From Caecitellus pseudoparvulus (taxonomy: Eukaryota; Protista; Bigyra: Bicosoecida), in the NCBI GenBank assembly GCA_965644315.1, contig CBFFRQ010000013.1, forward strand, positions 1 through 64,000: a DNA stretch of 64,000 nt, read 5' to 3'. The first letter of the stretch is position 1, and each line of letters opens with the position of its first letter. Below the pieces are notes generated by a model. That model worked only from the letters and a program-made list of their open reading frames with translations. It was not told the DNA's origin and searched no databases. This document shows positions 7,669 to 18,000 of this stretch, in pieces. The translations under genes and the position numbers were made by a program.

Positions 7669-9173
7669 ATGGACGCAGGAACGGACCACTCTTGCTCCCA
7701 AACTTCTTTCGCCACTTGGCTGCGCTCCAGAAAAGCTGCGACGATTCGTTCCCGTGGTTTTCTGTTTGTGCTCTTGCTTGTGCTCGCTGGAGGTATTCTC
7801 TTTCAAGTCTCGTTAAATGTTGGTCCAGAGAGCTACAACCAAACATCTAGAGTCAGACGGTCGTGTTTAGATGGCGGCAACGTGAGCCTGGTACCTCGGC
7901 CGGCAAGCCACCTGCGCGGCGTGTGGGGCAACAAATTTATGGTGCACAGCAGCTGGCACTGGCAAAGCCACAACACAGCAGCCTGCGCCCCGCTGACGTC
8001 CCCTGGATGCCTCAGAATGCTGGAGTGTACAACTGGACCAGCGTTCCTGTGTCCCTGGCCCCCACCTTGCACGCGCTATTCTCAGCTCCAGCTGCCGCGC
8101 AGCGGGCGCCCACCGCGGCGTCCGTGCGAGATCATCCAGCAGGTGCTGCAGACCGTGTACGTGGTCTCTTTTTATTGGCCCAACTTGCTCTTCTTTCTGG
8201 GCGCAAGCTGAGGGTTGGGCCGGACTATTTGCGGACGAGCTCTGGTGCAGCGGATAGTGTCGAGACATTGTGGGGGGCAGGCCAGTATGTGACGGCAGTG
8301 AATTGCCAGCCTGGAAAAACTTGCCCTTGGAGTGTTTTGGTCCCATGGGCAATCGAGCACCCCGACCGCGCACTCGTTGTGAACACAAACAGTCAACAGA
8401 CGCTGGTGTACCCGGACGGCCGCCATGAACTCGGGCAGCACTTCAATTCCTCCAGCGCTGGTGCCCTACTTGCCCGAAGGCTGGTGAGTGCCTGTTCTGA
8501 GTCTGCCTCCATTCGGACCTCGTGCGGCGCCATGCTACTGCACGCTGCGTGGGGAAGCTCGAACTTTACAGCAGGGCAAGTAAGCTCCCTCTGGCTAGCA
8601 TCCTTGATGCAGGCTATTTGGGCCAGCGGGTTCCCCGACAGTGGGTACTCTATGCTGCACATGCGTGCTGCGAGCGCACCTTTGACTGTACATGGAGAGC
8701 GCGCGTCAGTCAGCGTCCCTTCCGTGCCATTTTGGGATGGTCACGCCAGAAGTGCGGACCGGGTGGATCTCGTGCTCAGCGAGGTCAGACGGCACGATGG
8801 AGCTGGTCTGCGCTCATGCTCTACACCCTTGGCTGTGGCAAGTGACTCAGCGAGGTTCATTGGAGAGCTGACGTTTGCTGTGGGCACCACTGTCCACATT
8901 GCCAAGTGCTGCGGAAGTGGATGGCATGTCGCCAGCTTTGACTGTGCGCCAGAGGATGAGAAGCAAGCTGCTGAGAACCAGGTCTTCTTTGACTTAATAG
9001 CGCTGGCTCGGGCTGAAAAGGTATTTTGCGTGATTGGTGGATTTGGGCGACTTGGCCGAGTGTTCTTGAGTTTTGGGACAGCCTGGAGCGACTTTAGCTG
9101 CTGCACCGAGTCTGCATGCTTGCCAAGCATGGTCGAGCAGATGTGGGACAGCTTGCAGTGCACCACAACATAG
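7669..9173 (+). CDS. Type II membrane fucosyltransferase-like (GT-B) glycosyltransferase; intron ~7882-7949
   Basis: Exon 1 carries a TM helix (FLFVLLLVLAGGILF). A phase-0 GTGAGC...CAG intron joins it to the 7863 frame, which has GAADRVRGL, MLHMR, VASDS and FFDLIALARAEKV...GGFG motifs. Confidence 0.6.
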
Positions 9174-9903
9174 GGATGAGTGTGCCCCGCATTTGTGCAC
9201 AAGCACTTTCGTGGTGCTAGCGATATGGAGTTGCCTTAAAGAGTGCTTTGGTCGGCCAAGTGCGACTAGTTGCGGTGTAAGACAACTCTGCATAGTGACT
9301 TGCTGTTCGGAAGGGGAGGCTAGCATGGTCAGGCTTCTTTGGTCTCGAGTCTAGGAATTCTGCACACTCGATTCTTCAACGAGCTGGCCTGGCAAGCCTG
9401 GCGCTCTCAAGATTGTACAGAAAAGCATGAACACCAACGCGTACTTCTCGTTTCTTGCGACCTGACCGCGGCATCTCGGCTGCGGCCTAGCCTGATGCGC
9501 CCAGCTTGCAACTTCGCACATTGCTGCGCTTCAAGGGGTTCGGAGCTTGGCCAGTCCTTCTCTAGCCGGAGGTCACCCTGCTGACTGAGGCAGGCCAAGA
9601 TGAAGATGGCTTCACGTGGCCATCTGGCGGCACGCTCTTCGTTTGTGTGCGGGCCCAGAATGAAGCTGGAACGTGGGGCGCCTAGATCCCGTCGGATGGC
9701 GCCCGAGCCCTGTGTGATGCAGCACAGGAAGCCTCCTGTGTCGTGGAGGATGTCCGTGGGGTGCTGCTTGTTGCTTTGTGACTGTCACACTCTCATCTCT
9801 CTGCCATTCCAGGACACCTCCCGGAAATCATATTTCCATATCCTGCACTGCCGGACGTGCAGACGCTGAAGGTTGAGCTTCGATCACGAGTTCCACAACC
9901 ACT

Positions 9904-12597
9904 TCACGCATGCCCTCGAAGGCGGGCCCGGAGCAGCAAAATCGACCTTCTGTCGTGGCGGCATTCCTCCCCATCCCACTTTCGATTCTTCATTGCTTGT
10001 AGCGTTGCTTGTGCAAAGCTTCGCGCTGTGGGAGACACAGCGCGGGGCCCATTCAACTGGAGCAGTTCGCGCACGACAGGGAAGTGGCCGTTCTCGCATG
10101 CTGCACGGAAGCTCGCTTCAGGTCCCACCCGATCCCTGGCATGAACGTCAACTTCACGATCGCCGCCTAGCGCAAGCAGCTCTCGAACAACTTCCACATG
10201 GCCTCCACGGCACGCAGCACGAATGCCTGCCTCCATTCCCTCCCGGTCAGGTGCGTGAACGTCAATGGCTTGGTCACCCCAAAGGCTCAGTAACAGGCGC
10301 ACTGCGTGCACATGACCTCTCGCACAAGCCAATCGAAACGCTGCCTCGGGCCCACTTCTGTCTCGTGCGTGCACATCCACCGCTTGATCACCCTCAAGCC
10401 CAGCCAGCAACTTCATGACGCCGACGTGCCCATGCGCGCAAGCTGCTTGGAAGCCAACAGCCGTAACACTTCGGTTTCCAGGAATGCCATGCATGCAACG
10501 CTCCCCGGCCAAGCTAAGCAAGGCCCGCACTACCTCTGCATGGCCTTGTGTGCATGCTTCTCTGAAGGCGCAGTTGGGTCCGGCTCGATCACCGACGAAG
10601 ACATTCACCTCGCGCTCCCCAGACAAAGCAAGCAGCTCATCTACAACTTCCACGTGGCCATTCTTGCATGCCAGCCGAAATCCAGCCTCGGGCCCATTCT
10701 CGTCTGGTGCATGCACATCCACTGCTCTGTGCCCTGACAAATGCAAGAGCTCTCGGACCACCTCCACGTGTCCACGCGCGCATGCAGAACGGAAGGCATA
10801 TTCGCCAACTGCGTGGACATCAACCTCATTGTCTCCAGTGAGTGCCAGCAGTTCCCGCACGATGTCGAGATGGCCATTCGCACATGCCCAGCGAAATCCT
10901 GCCTCGGGCCCAGCTTCGGCGCCAGCGTGCACATCTACAGCAATTTCACCATCATTGCTCAGCAAGCCGCGCACCGTGTCCACGTCACCCCACGCACACG
11001 CACGGAAAAAGTTGGCAGCTTGAAGTGCCATAGATCTCGCAGGCTCACTTACACCTTCAATGGTCCCAGATGCGCAGCCTTGATGCGCCTCCATCCCCCC
11101 TCCTGGCAAGTAATGACAGGGAAAAGTCATCGTGGAGGACGTAGCAATGAAAGCACACGTGCAAGGCCTGGAACCTCCGGACAGAAGCGTTTCGAAACAC
11201 GCTGGCCATGTCTGTTGGCTCCTGCCAGTTGGCGCGCCTGCGTGCTCAAGCGCTGCGCTTCCCAAGCATCGCTGCAACGTGTCCACCACACCACGCAGCA
11301 CTGCGCCTTCGCTCACCCGACCGCCCCACGTCCACACTTTGCAGCATGTCCCGAGCAGCACGCGGCACTTCCCTGCCTTAATGGCTTGGACAAGGCCGTC
11401 TGCGCTGCATGCCTCCACGCCAGCAACAACAAAGCTGTTCAGACCCGCCCCTTCCAAGCTCACACCGCAAGCCTCGGCAACAGCGCACGTGCGAACAACC
11501 ATCAAACTGAGCCTCTCGCGCAATTGCAAATCGGTGTCCACCCACCAAGCACTTTGCACAATGCCCACCAGAGGCCAGCACCTCTCACACTGAACCTGCA
11601 GGCGCACAGAAGAGAAGGAACCGAATGGATGTGCGGGACTGGAGCCAGGACAATCATGTGACATGCCCACAGCGTGCAGGTGTTGGACAAATCTCGGCAA
11701 GCCACGCGCAGCTCTCGTCTCTTCAGCACGCATGACAGCTGAGAGAGTCCGTGTGACAAACTTTGTCCCCCTTGCCACATCGTCAGCCCATGCAACTCTG
11801 CTTCGACCACGTCCGTCGCATGCTGCATCCAGATGCCAAGTGTACGTCCATGTGGACCTCTGCCCAACGTGCGAGTCATGCACAGAAGACTCGCAGCAAG
11901 CCTGGACCGGGGACACGGCATCTAAGCTGCATATCAATGAACTTCCCAGGAACTCGCAGAGCTCAACAACACTCTGGGTTGCTGCTTCTAGATGCGCAGC
12001 TGCTTCCATGCGAGCCGCAACTGTCTCGCGGCTTGACGGTACCGCTTGGTCACGGAGAAAAGCGACTTGTGCTCTGATTCCGTCCAAAGCAGCACCTGTG
12101 GAACCCACGTGGAAGGAGTCATCTTCAAGGCGCACGCAAATCTGTGGGGTGTCCTCTGCCTCTCGCCCCGCTTGTGTCCACCATGCTGTGATATCAGCAA
12201 GTGCAAGCTCGACGGAGCCGCCGCCTCCGCGGATGACCGCCCACGCCCGCAAAATTGACGACCACACAGCGTCTCCCATCGGCAACGCATCTATGGTTCT
12301 GCCTTGTGCAGCCGATTGCAAAGCGTCGAGTCCGCAGAAGCACCGAAACGACAGGTGCCGGAACGCTTCAGCGAGCTCGCGGCGCCCTTGCTGACCCGAC
12401 AGCGCTTCAACCCACCCGTGTGCCGTGCAGCCGGCCTCGTGCACAAGCTGCTGAAAATCTTCCAGCAGCATGATATCACCCATTTCTGCAGTGGGAGATG
12501 GCTCCTGGCGCCCAAACGTGGCCAACCCGCGAACCGCTTCGAGCAGCCGTGCCCTTTCTTCGAGAGACCACCCCACCTTGGCAAGGCAAGCAGCCAC
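9904..12597 (-). CDS. Ankyrin-repeat protein with uncharacterised N-terminal region; 5' end uncertain
   Basis: About 9 C-terminal repeats of VDVHA...GPEAxFRxACxxGHxEVVRELL. Confidence 0.8.
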   Translation of the reverse strand: MAACLAKVGWSLEERARLLEAVRGLATFGRQEPSPTAEMGDIMLLEDFQQLVHEAGCTAHGWVEALSGQQGRRELAEAFRHLSFRCFCGLDALQSAAQGRTIDALPMGDAVWSSILRAWAVIRGGGGSVELALADITAWWTQAGREAEDTPQICVRLEDDSFHVGSTGAALDGIRAQVAFLRDQAVPSSRETVAARMEAAAHLEAATQSVVELCEFLGSSLICSLDAVSPVQACCESSVHDSHVGQRSTWTYTWHLDAACDGRGRSRVAWADDVARGTKFVTRTLSAVMRAEETRAARGLPRFVQHLHAVGMSHDCPGSSPAHPFGSFSSVRLQVQCERCWPLVGIVQSAWWVDTDLQLRERLSLMVVRTCAVAEACGVSLEGAGLNSFVVAGVEACSADGLVQAIKAGKCRVLLGTCCKVWTWGGRVSEGAVLRGVVDTLQRCLGSAALEHAGAPTGRSQQTWPACFETLLSGGSRPCTCAFIATSSTMTFPCHYLPGGGMEAHQGCASGTIEGVSEPARSMALQAANFFRACAWGDVDTVRGLLSNDGEIAVDVHAGAEAGPEAGFRWACANGHLDIVRELLALTGDNEVDVHAVGEYAFRSACARGHVEVVRELLHLSGHRAVDVHAPDENGPEAGFRLACKNGHVEVVDELLALSGEREVNVFVGDRAGPNCAFREACTQGHAEVVRALLSLAGERCMHGIPGNRSVTAVGFQAACAHGHVGVMKLLAGLEGDQAVDVHARDRSGPEAAFRLACARGHVHAVRLLLSLWGDQAIDVHAPDREGMEAGIRAACRGGHVEVVRELLALGGDREVDVHARDRVGPEASFRAACENGHFPVVRELLQLNGPRAVSPTARSFAQATLQAMKNRKWDGEECRHDRRSILLLRARLRGHA

Positions 12598-13275
12598 TTG
12601 ATCAGGCTGCGGCGGCTGTGACTCCTCACCAGCACGTTGCAGCCCTGAAGGAGCAGCTACTGGGTGTTTCTCCTGTGCACGAAGTGGGGATACCGTGCAG
12701 GTGTCGAGAATTCATGCTGGCGCGAGATGGCGTTTGCTGTGGCAAGCACTCGCCCGACTATTCGCTGGACTTCAACACCAAGGCAAGCTTCCCACACAGA
12801 CGCACCATTTGTCCTCTACGCAGTGATTCCTGTCTTTATTCGTGCCCTTGCTATGCAAGCTCTCTCTGACTCCCTCCTCGCTAGTAATCGACCACAACAA
12901 AGAAGGCCTGATGCACTGGTGCAAATTCCGCACACCAGCACCACAATCAAGCCGAGCGAGCCAGGAGTGTGCCTCTGGAACAAGGCGATGTGCGCGCACG
13001 CTTGCAAATTGCAGTTGTCTGTGAATTGAACTACATGGGCAACTGAATGGCTTCGCATTCTCCGTTGCACAAGTCACAAGACACGACCACCCATCTTGCT
13101 GGCGCTCTACACCTGAGTCAACCTCACCCCCGCCGCCTGCACCTACAGACGAGGCGGTCGCGTGTAATCTTCGGCGTGAAATCGCGCAAGCACACACTAA
13201 AATCGCGGGAGAAACCTTTTCACCGTCTGCACCTGCACAGCTTTGGAATCTGTACTTGCCCATCTGCAGAGAAGC

Positions 13276-15002
13276 TCACTCTGCTGGTTTACAGGTCACA
13301 CTCTGTGGTTGGGCGGACCCTGCTTCAGGATCGGTGCAGGACGAGCTCGCAAGCGGATTCCATGGTGCCCAGAGGCCCTTGACATGGAGTGGCAGCGCGG
13401 GCATCACGTGGCAGGACATGTCAACCGGGCGGCCATGCGCTGCCCAGATGGACGACAGGCCGAGCGAAAACTCGCGCAAGGGGTGCGAAACGTCAAAGCG
13501 TAACGTCGTACGCGTGCTTCCTCCTTGCGTGCTAGAGCCGGTGAACCCTAGACCCATGGCTTTCCCCACCGCCCCTGCTGTCGGCAGCAGGGGACATAGC
13601 AAGTCGCCAGGACTAGAGGGCTGGGACGTCACTCTGCCAGTCCAAATGCGGCACTGCACACTGACCCCTGAAGGAGCGACTTTCCTTAGGCTCCTCTGAA
13701 ATGTGGATACTTTGGCTTCGAATTCCCCCAACGCTAACGTCAGCTGAACTGGGTCTGTCGACTTGAGCGCGAAGAGGAGAACGCAATCATGCCCAGCGAA
13801 GACTTGGTGCGAGTCCAGCGGGAGACACTGCCCCAATGGCCTCATTGCACAAGCCCCTGCGCCAGTTGCTTTGCCTGCCGTACTCCTATCTATCTGCCTT
13901 GCAGCCTCCTTGAAGTGCCGCACAAGGACGCCCAGGCTGTGCCGCGTGACCGAGTGCGCAGAGTTCATGGAGGGGAAGCACGGGGTGACGATCGGCATGG
14001 CTTCTTCGGGCGAAGGCTTCCACGGGATCATCCGGCTGCAGGGGGCTGTGGGCATGCCAGGGATGGACTCCTGCACAGGTTGCAGCAGCACTGGCTTGGG
14101 CCATGGCCACGTGGCAAATCGGTGAAAAAACCCTCGCAACAAGTCCACCATGCTCGCCTTAGGGGCCTCCATTAGGAAATTTGCGACGAGTATGGCCCAG
14201 GACACGCCGCCAAGGAACTGTTGGGCAGCTCCGTAGAGTCCATGGCACCTGGCCCACGCCTTCACATGGCGCAGCAGGGCAGGGAACTCAGGTCTGTGGG
14301 CGACGTGCTGCACAACCCACTGGGAAACTCGCACGCCATTCAAAGACGTGATGCTGCAAGGGTCGTGGGCTGCTGCCATCATGGCCAAGTTGCTAGTGAA
14401 GGGGGAAGAGTGTGGCAGCGCGAATGCCATCTCGCAACACAGCAGGTCCACGGCCAGCGCCCCGACGCTGAACTTGATCACTGGAACGTACGCCCGCGCG
14501 AGTTTCCTTACATTGGATACGAGGGGGAGATCGGCTAGCAGCCGTGGCATGGCCGCGAAGAACGCTCGCCGGGTCAGGTTGGGAGGCAGGATGGCGAGCA
14601 CGTCCAGATCACTGTGCCGGCTGGGCACGCCCATGCCGACGGAGCCAAAGGGGGCTATTGTGGCTGCCGGGGCAGATCTGGCTCTGCAGAACGCCCCAAC
14701 AGCTTGCTCTACAACGTGCATGGCGTGGTCATGCGCCTTGCGGTCACTTTCGATCAGCTCAGCCCCACAGCGCCTGAGCACGAAGCCTCAAATGTGAGCG
14801 TGCGAGGCGCGAAGACCGAGCGATCACGCCTCACGAACTTGATCAAGTCAATATCTGATGTATTTTTCGGAATTCTCGCGCCCTTTGCATCGTCGCTTCT
14901 GGCCCGCTTTGCTGCTGAGGCGGGTGCTGGTTCTGTCGCAGCGTTTCGCCTGCGTTTGGCCCCGCCTTCGCGCCGACTTGACCCGCCCGCCGTGCCGTCC
15001 AT
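13276..15002 (-). CDS. PAP: Canonical poly(A) polymerase; probable first exon ~15002-14830
   Basis: FGS...SDLDVL, AYVPVIKF, VDLL, SLNGVRV, VKAWAR..GLYG...FLGGVSWAILVA, FATWPWPKPVLL, MPIVTPCFPSMNS. The splice donor of the first exon is unresolved. Confidence 0.9.
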
Positions 15003-15086
15003 TCCAAGCCCGTGGGCTGTCCAGCAGCGGGTTCACATGAAACATGCACAATCGCGCTCATGCATTTACTTCCCGGCTCGTGGCTT

Positions 15087-18000
15087 TCATTGTGCTGCGC
15101 CAGGCCCGCTGCACTTGCCCAGGACACGCAGGAGCTCCTCGACATCTGCGACAGCTGAGGCCGCGCAAGGCTCCAAGTGGGACGCACAGCCCAGTGCTTG
15201 GGCAGCAGCCAAGAGCAACACGTTTCGACGAGATTGGGCTGCGCCCCCTTCCTGGATCGCGGCAGCAGCAGCCTCTGCGAAAGTGTCCTCCACAACGCCG
15301 GCGCCAAACCCAGCCGTGCCCACCGCTCCCCCTGCACGCCGGGCTGACATAGCCGCGCGCCGGGCCATGATGGTATGAATGCTACGCAGGCGCTTCATGG
15401 CGTCCCTGTTGTTCGCCGTGCGCTGTGCCAGGTGAGGCTCGTGGGTGGCCAGCACCAGCTGCAGTCGGGTGGCTGGCCTGGCGATGCTGAGCGTGTCTCG
15501 GAACATCTGCAGCACATCCACCAGCACAGGCATGACCTCAGCGCAGCGAGAGAGGCTGGGCCGTGCTGCTGCGCGGCTGGCCATGTTCCGCAAGATGGAC
15601 AGGACAGTGCTGATCACGTGCTGGTGGGGGGCAGACCGGTTGCAGGAGCGCACGAGCGCCAGCAACAGAGCAGGGCCGCCCTGCTGGCCAGTTTGAACGC
15701 AGCACTCGACACTGAGCCGCGTGCAGCTTTGCAGCACCAGCAGTGCACGCATCACTGCCGCGAGGCTGCGGCTCTGCTTCAGCGTTCGCAGCGCTTTTGC
15801 GCACCGAGCTTGCAGCGTGTTGGCAGGTGAGCGGGAAGCTGCAACTGCAGCAGATGCAATGCGCCGCCGTGCCGCAGCAAGCTCAGCAGCGACAGCGCTG
15901 CTTGCAACCTGGCGTCTCTGCACATACCCTCGCCAGACACGCTGCACCGCCTGAGCAGCAGCTTCAGCGCAGGTTCCGAGGCGCTGCCGCCGCCACCACC
16001 TCGCGATGTATGCGGCAGCTGCAGAGCGGCAAGCGAGTTCTCGGCGTGCTTGGCGCCTGCGCACACAGTACCCCTGCACAGCAGTGCGGACTGCGAGGGC
16101 AGCTTCCCGACGCTGCACGAGGGTGCGCCGAGCACGCACTATGGCGGCCCGACCCACGAACCAAGCGGACAGGCGCGCTGCAGCGGCGGCCCTGCGGCAC
16201 AGCGCCCACCTCCGCAACGCGTCTGTGATGCACAGTGCTGCAGCGTGCTGTGCCGCCACGCCACTGGCAACGCGTCGGCCCAGCACCCCACGCCACAGTC
16301 GCTGCATGTGCCCTGCGGCAGTGCTCCGCCGTGCCACCCACTGCTTGAATGCTGGCGCGAGACCGCGAGCGATGCTCTCGCCGGCGGCTTGGCGCTGCTG
16401 CACGTGCTTGCGGGCAATGCACTGCCTTGTCCACGCAGTCAGCGTGCTGGCTGCTGCTCGGGCGGCCAAAAAGCGCCGCCGCACGCACCAGTCACGCAGA
16501 GTCCACAACAGCACCAGGCCCGCCGTGTGTTCCAACTGCTCCCGGTGATCCGCCAGCACAAGCTGCATGCGCCAGCAAGCTTGCAGCCGCACGACAGCAT
16601 CCAGCGCCCGCCGAACTGTGGCTTGTGCTGCCGCACGACGGAAGGCACTCTGCAGGCTCACAATTGCTGCCCGCGCCGCTGCCACTTGCTTGCGAGCAGC
16701 CCTGCCCCTGAAGACGGCTTGCAGGTGCAGGGTGCAGGAGAGTGCAGTGGTCAGCATGCGACGGGGCGCCATCCCGCGCCACCAGCTCTGCAGCTTCGTC
16801 GCCACGGCTGCCGTGTCATCTGCCACCCGCCGCACAGCCCACGCCGCTCGCCCACGCAGACCGGCAGCCAGGAGCCGAGTGATGAGGGCCGCCTCACGCA
16901 GGCGCCACTTGCGCTGCACTGCTCGCCAGGTGCGTTGGATGGTGGTGGATGCCTGGCGCCGCAGCCGGGTTGCCCGCCGTGCTGGGAGAGTGGACGCCCA
17001 CGCCGCGACCTTGCCGTGGGCCAGTGCCAGTCGGCAGCGCTGCAGGACTGCCCTGTGGTGCTGCGCCACCAGAGTGGAGGCGCGAGCACGGGCCCGCCAC
17101 GCACTCTGCAGCTTCAGCACTGCCCGTGACTGCGCGGCCGAGGCGAGCAGGCTGGACGCCAGGAAGGTGACGAACATCATGACTGGGCGGGGGGGGGGCG
17201 GGCAGGATGCGTCGCATGCGGGGAACAGCAGTGGAACGCAGCCCACATTCGCCGCTGCAGCGCAGGCAGCCGTGATGCGTGCTCGGCTGGCCTTGTGTGC
17301 GGCTGAGCTGGGCAGGCTGGCGTCATCTGCCGCCACGGCTGATGCTGGGATGTGCCCTGGGAAGTAGTTGCGCAGCAGGGCACACAGCGCGCGGCCATCA
17401 GCCCAGCTACGGCTCCAGTCAGTCACCCGCACACCTTGCGTGGCTGCCACCGCCTGGCTCCACAGCAGCAGCAGGTCGCTGGGGGCGGACACGCCAGCCA
17501 GCAGGGAGGTGAGGGAGCACCCCGTGTTGCCAGCTGCAGGCGCTGCCAACACGGCAGCCTTGGCCGTCGGCTTGCCGTGCAGGACGGCCACCACCTCCTT
17601 GCGCACGCGCCAGGGCGGCGTCATGAGGGGCATGGCCCAGTGTGCTACCATAGCCCACACGGCAGCCATTGCCGCTTCGGGGCGCCCATTGGCCACCGCC
17701 TCTGCCCGGGCGGCATCCAGGGGCAGACCGAACTCCTTCGACAGACACTGCGCCAGCGTCTTCATGTTGCGCACTTTGGTCGTGCGGCTGGTCAACGGCA
17801 CGCGGATGGTGCGGGCCACCAGTGACAGGGGCGCCTCCCCGCTCAGCACCTCAGCCAAGCGGGCCAGGCGGGAGCCATCCCGCAGTGCGTCAGCCAGGCC
17901 CTGCGCGTCCTTCACGCTGCGCGGCAGTGCGTACGGCAGCTCCTGCAGGGGGGACTGCTTGTACCGCGGCACGAAGCCGAGGGCAGAGGCGTGTTTGACC

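Noticed and set aside
12600-13263. Separate gene in ORFs 12772-13263 / 12816-13070
   Set aside because: No recognisable domain; they may be 5' exons of the ankyrin gene, but I could not build a consistent model.
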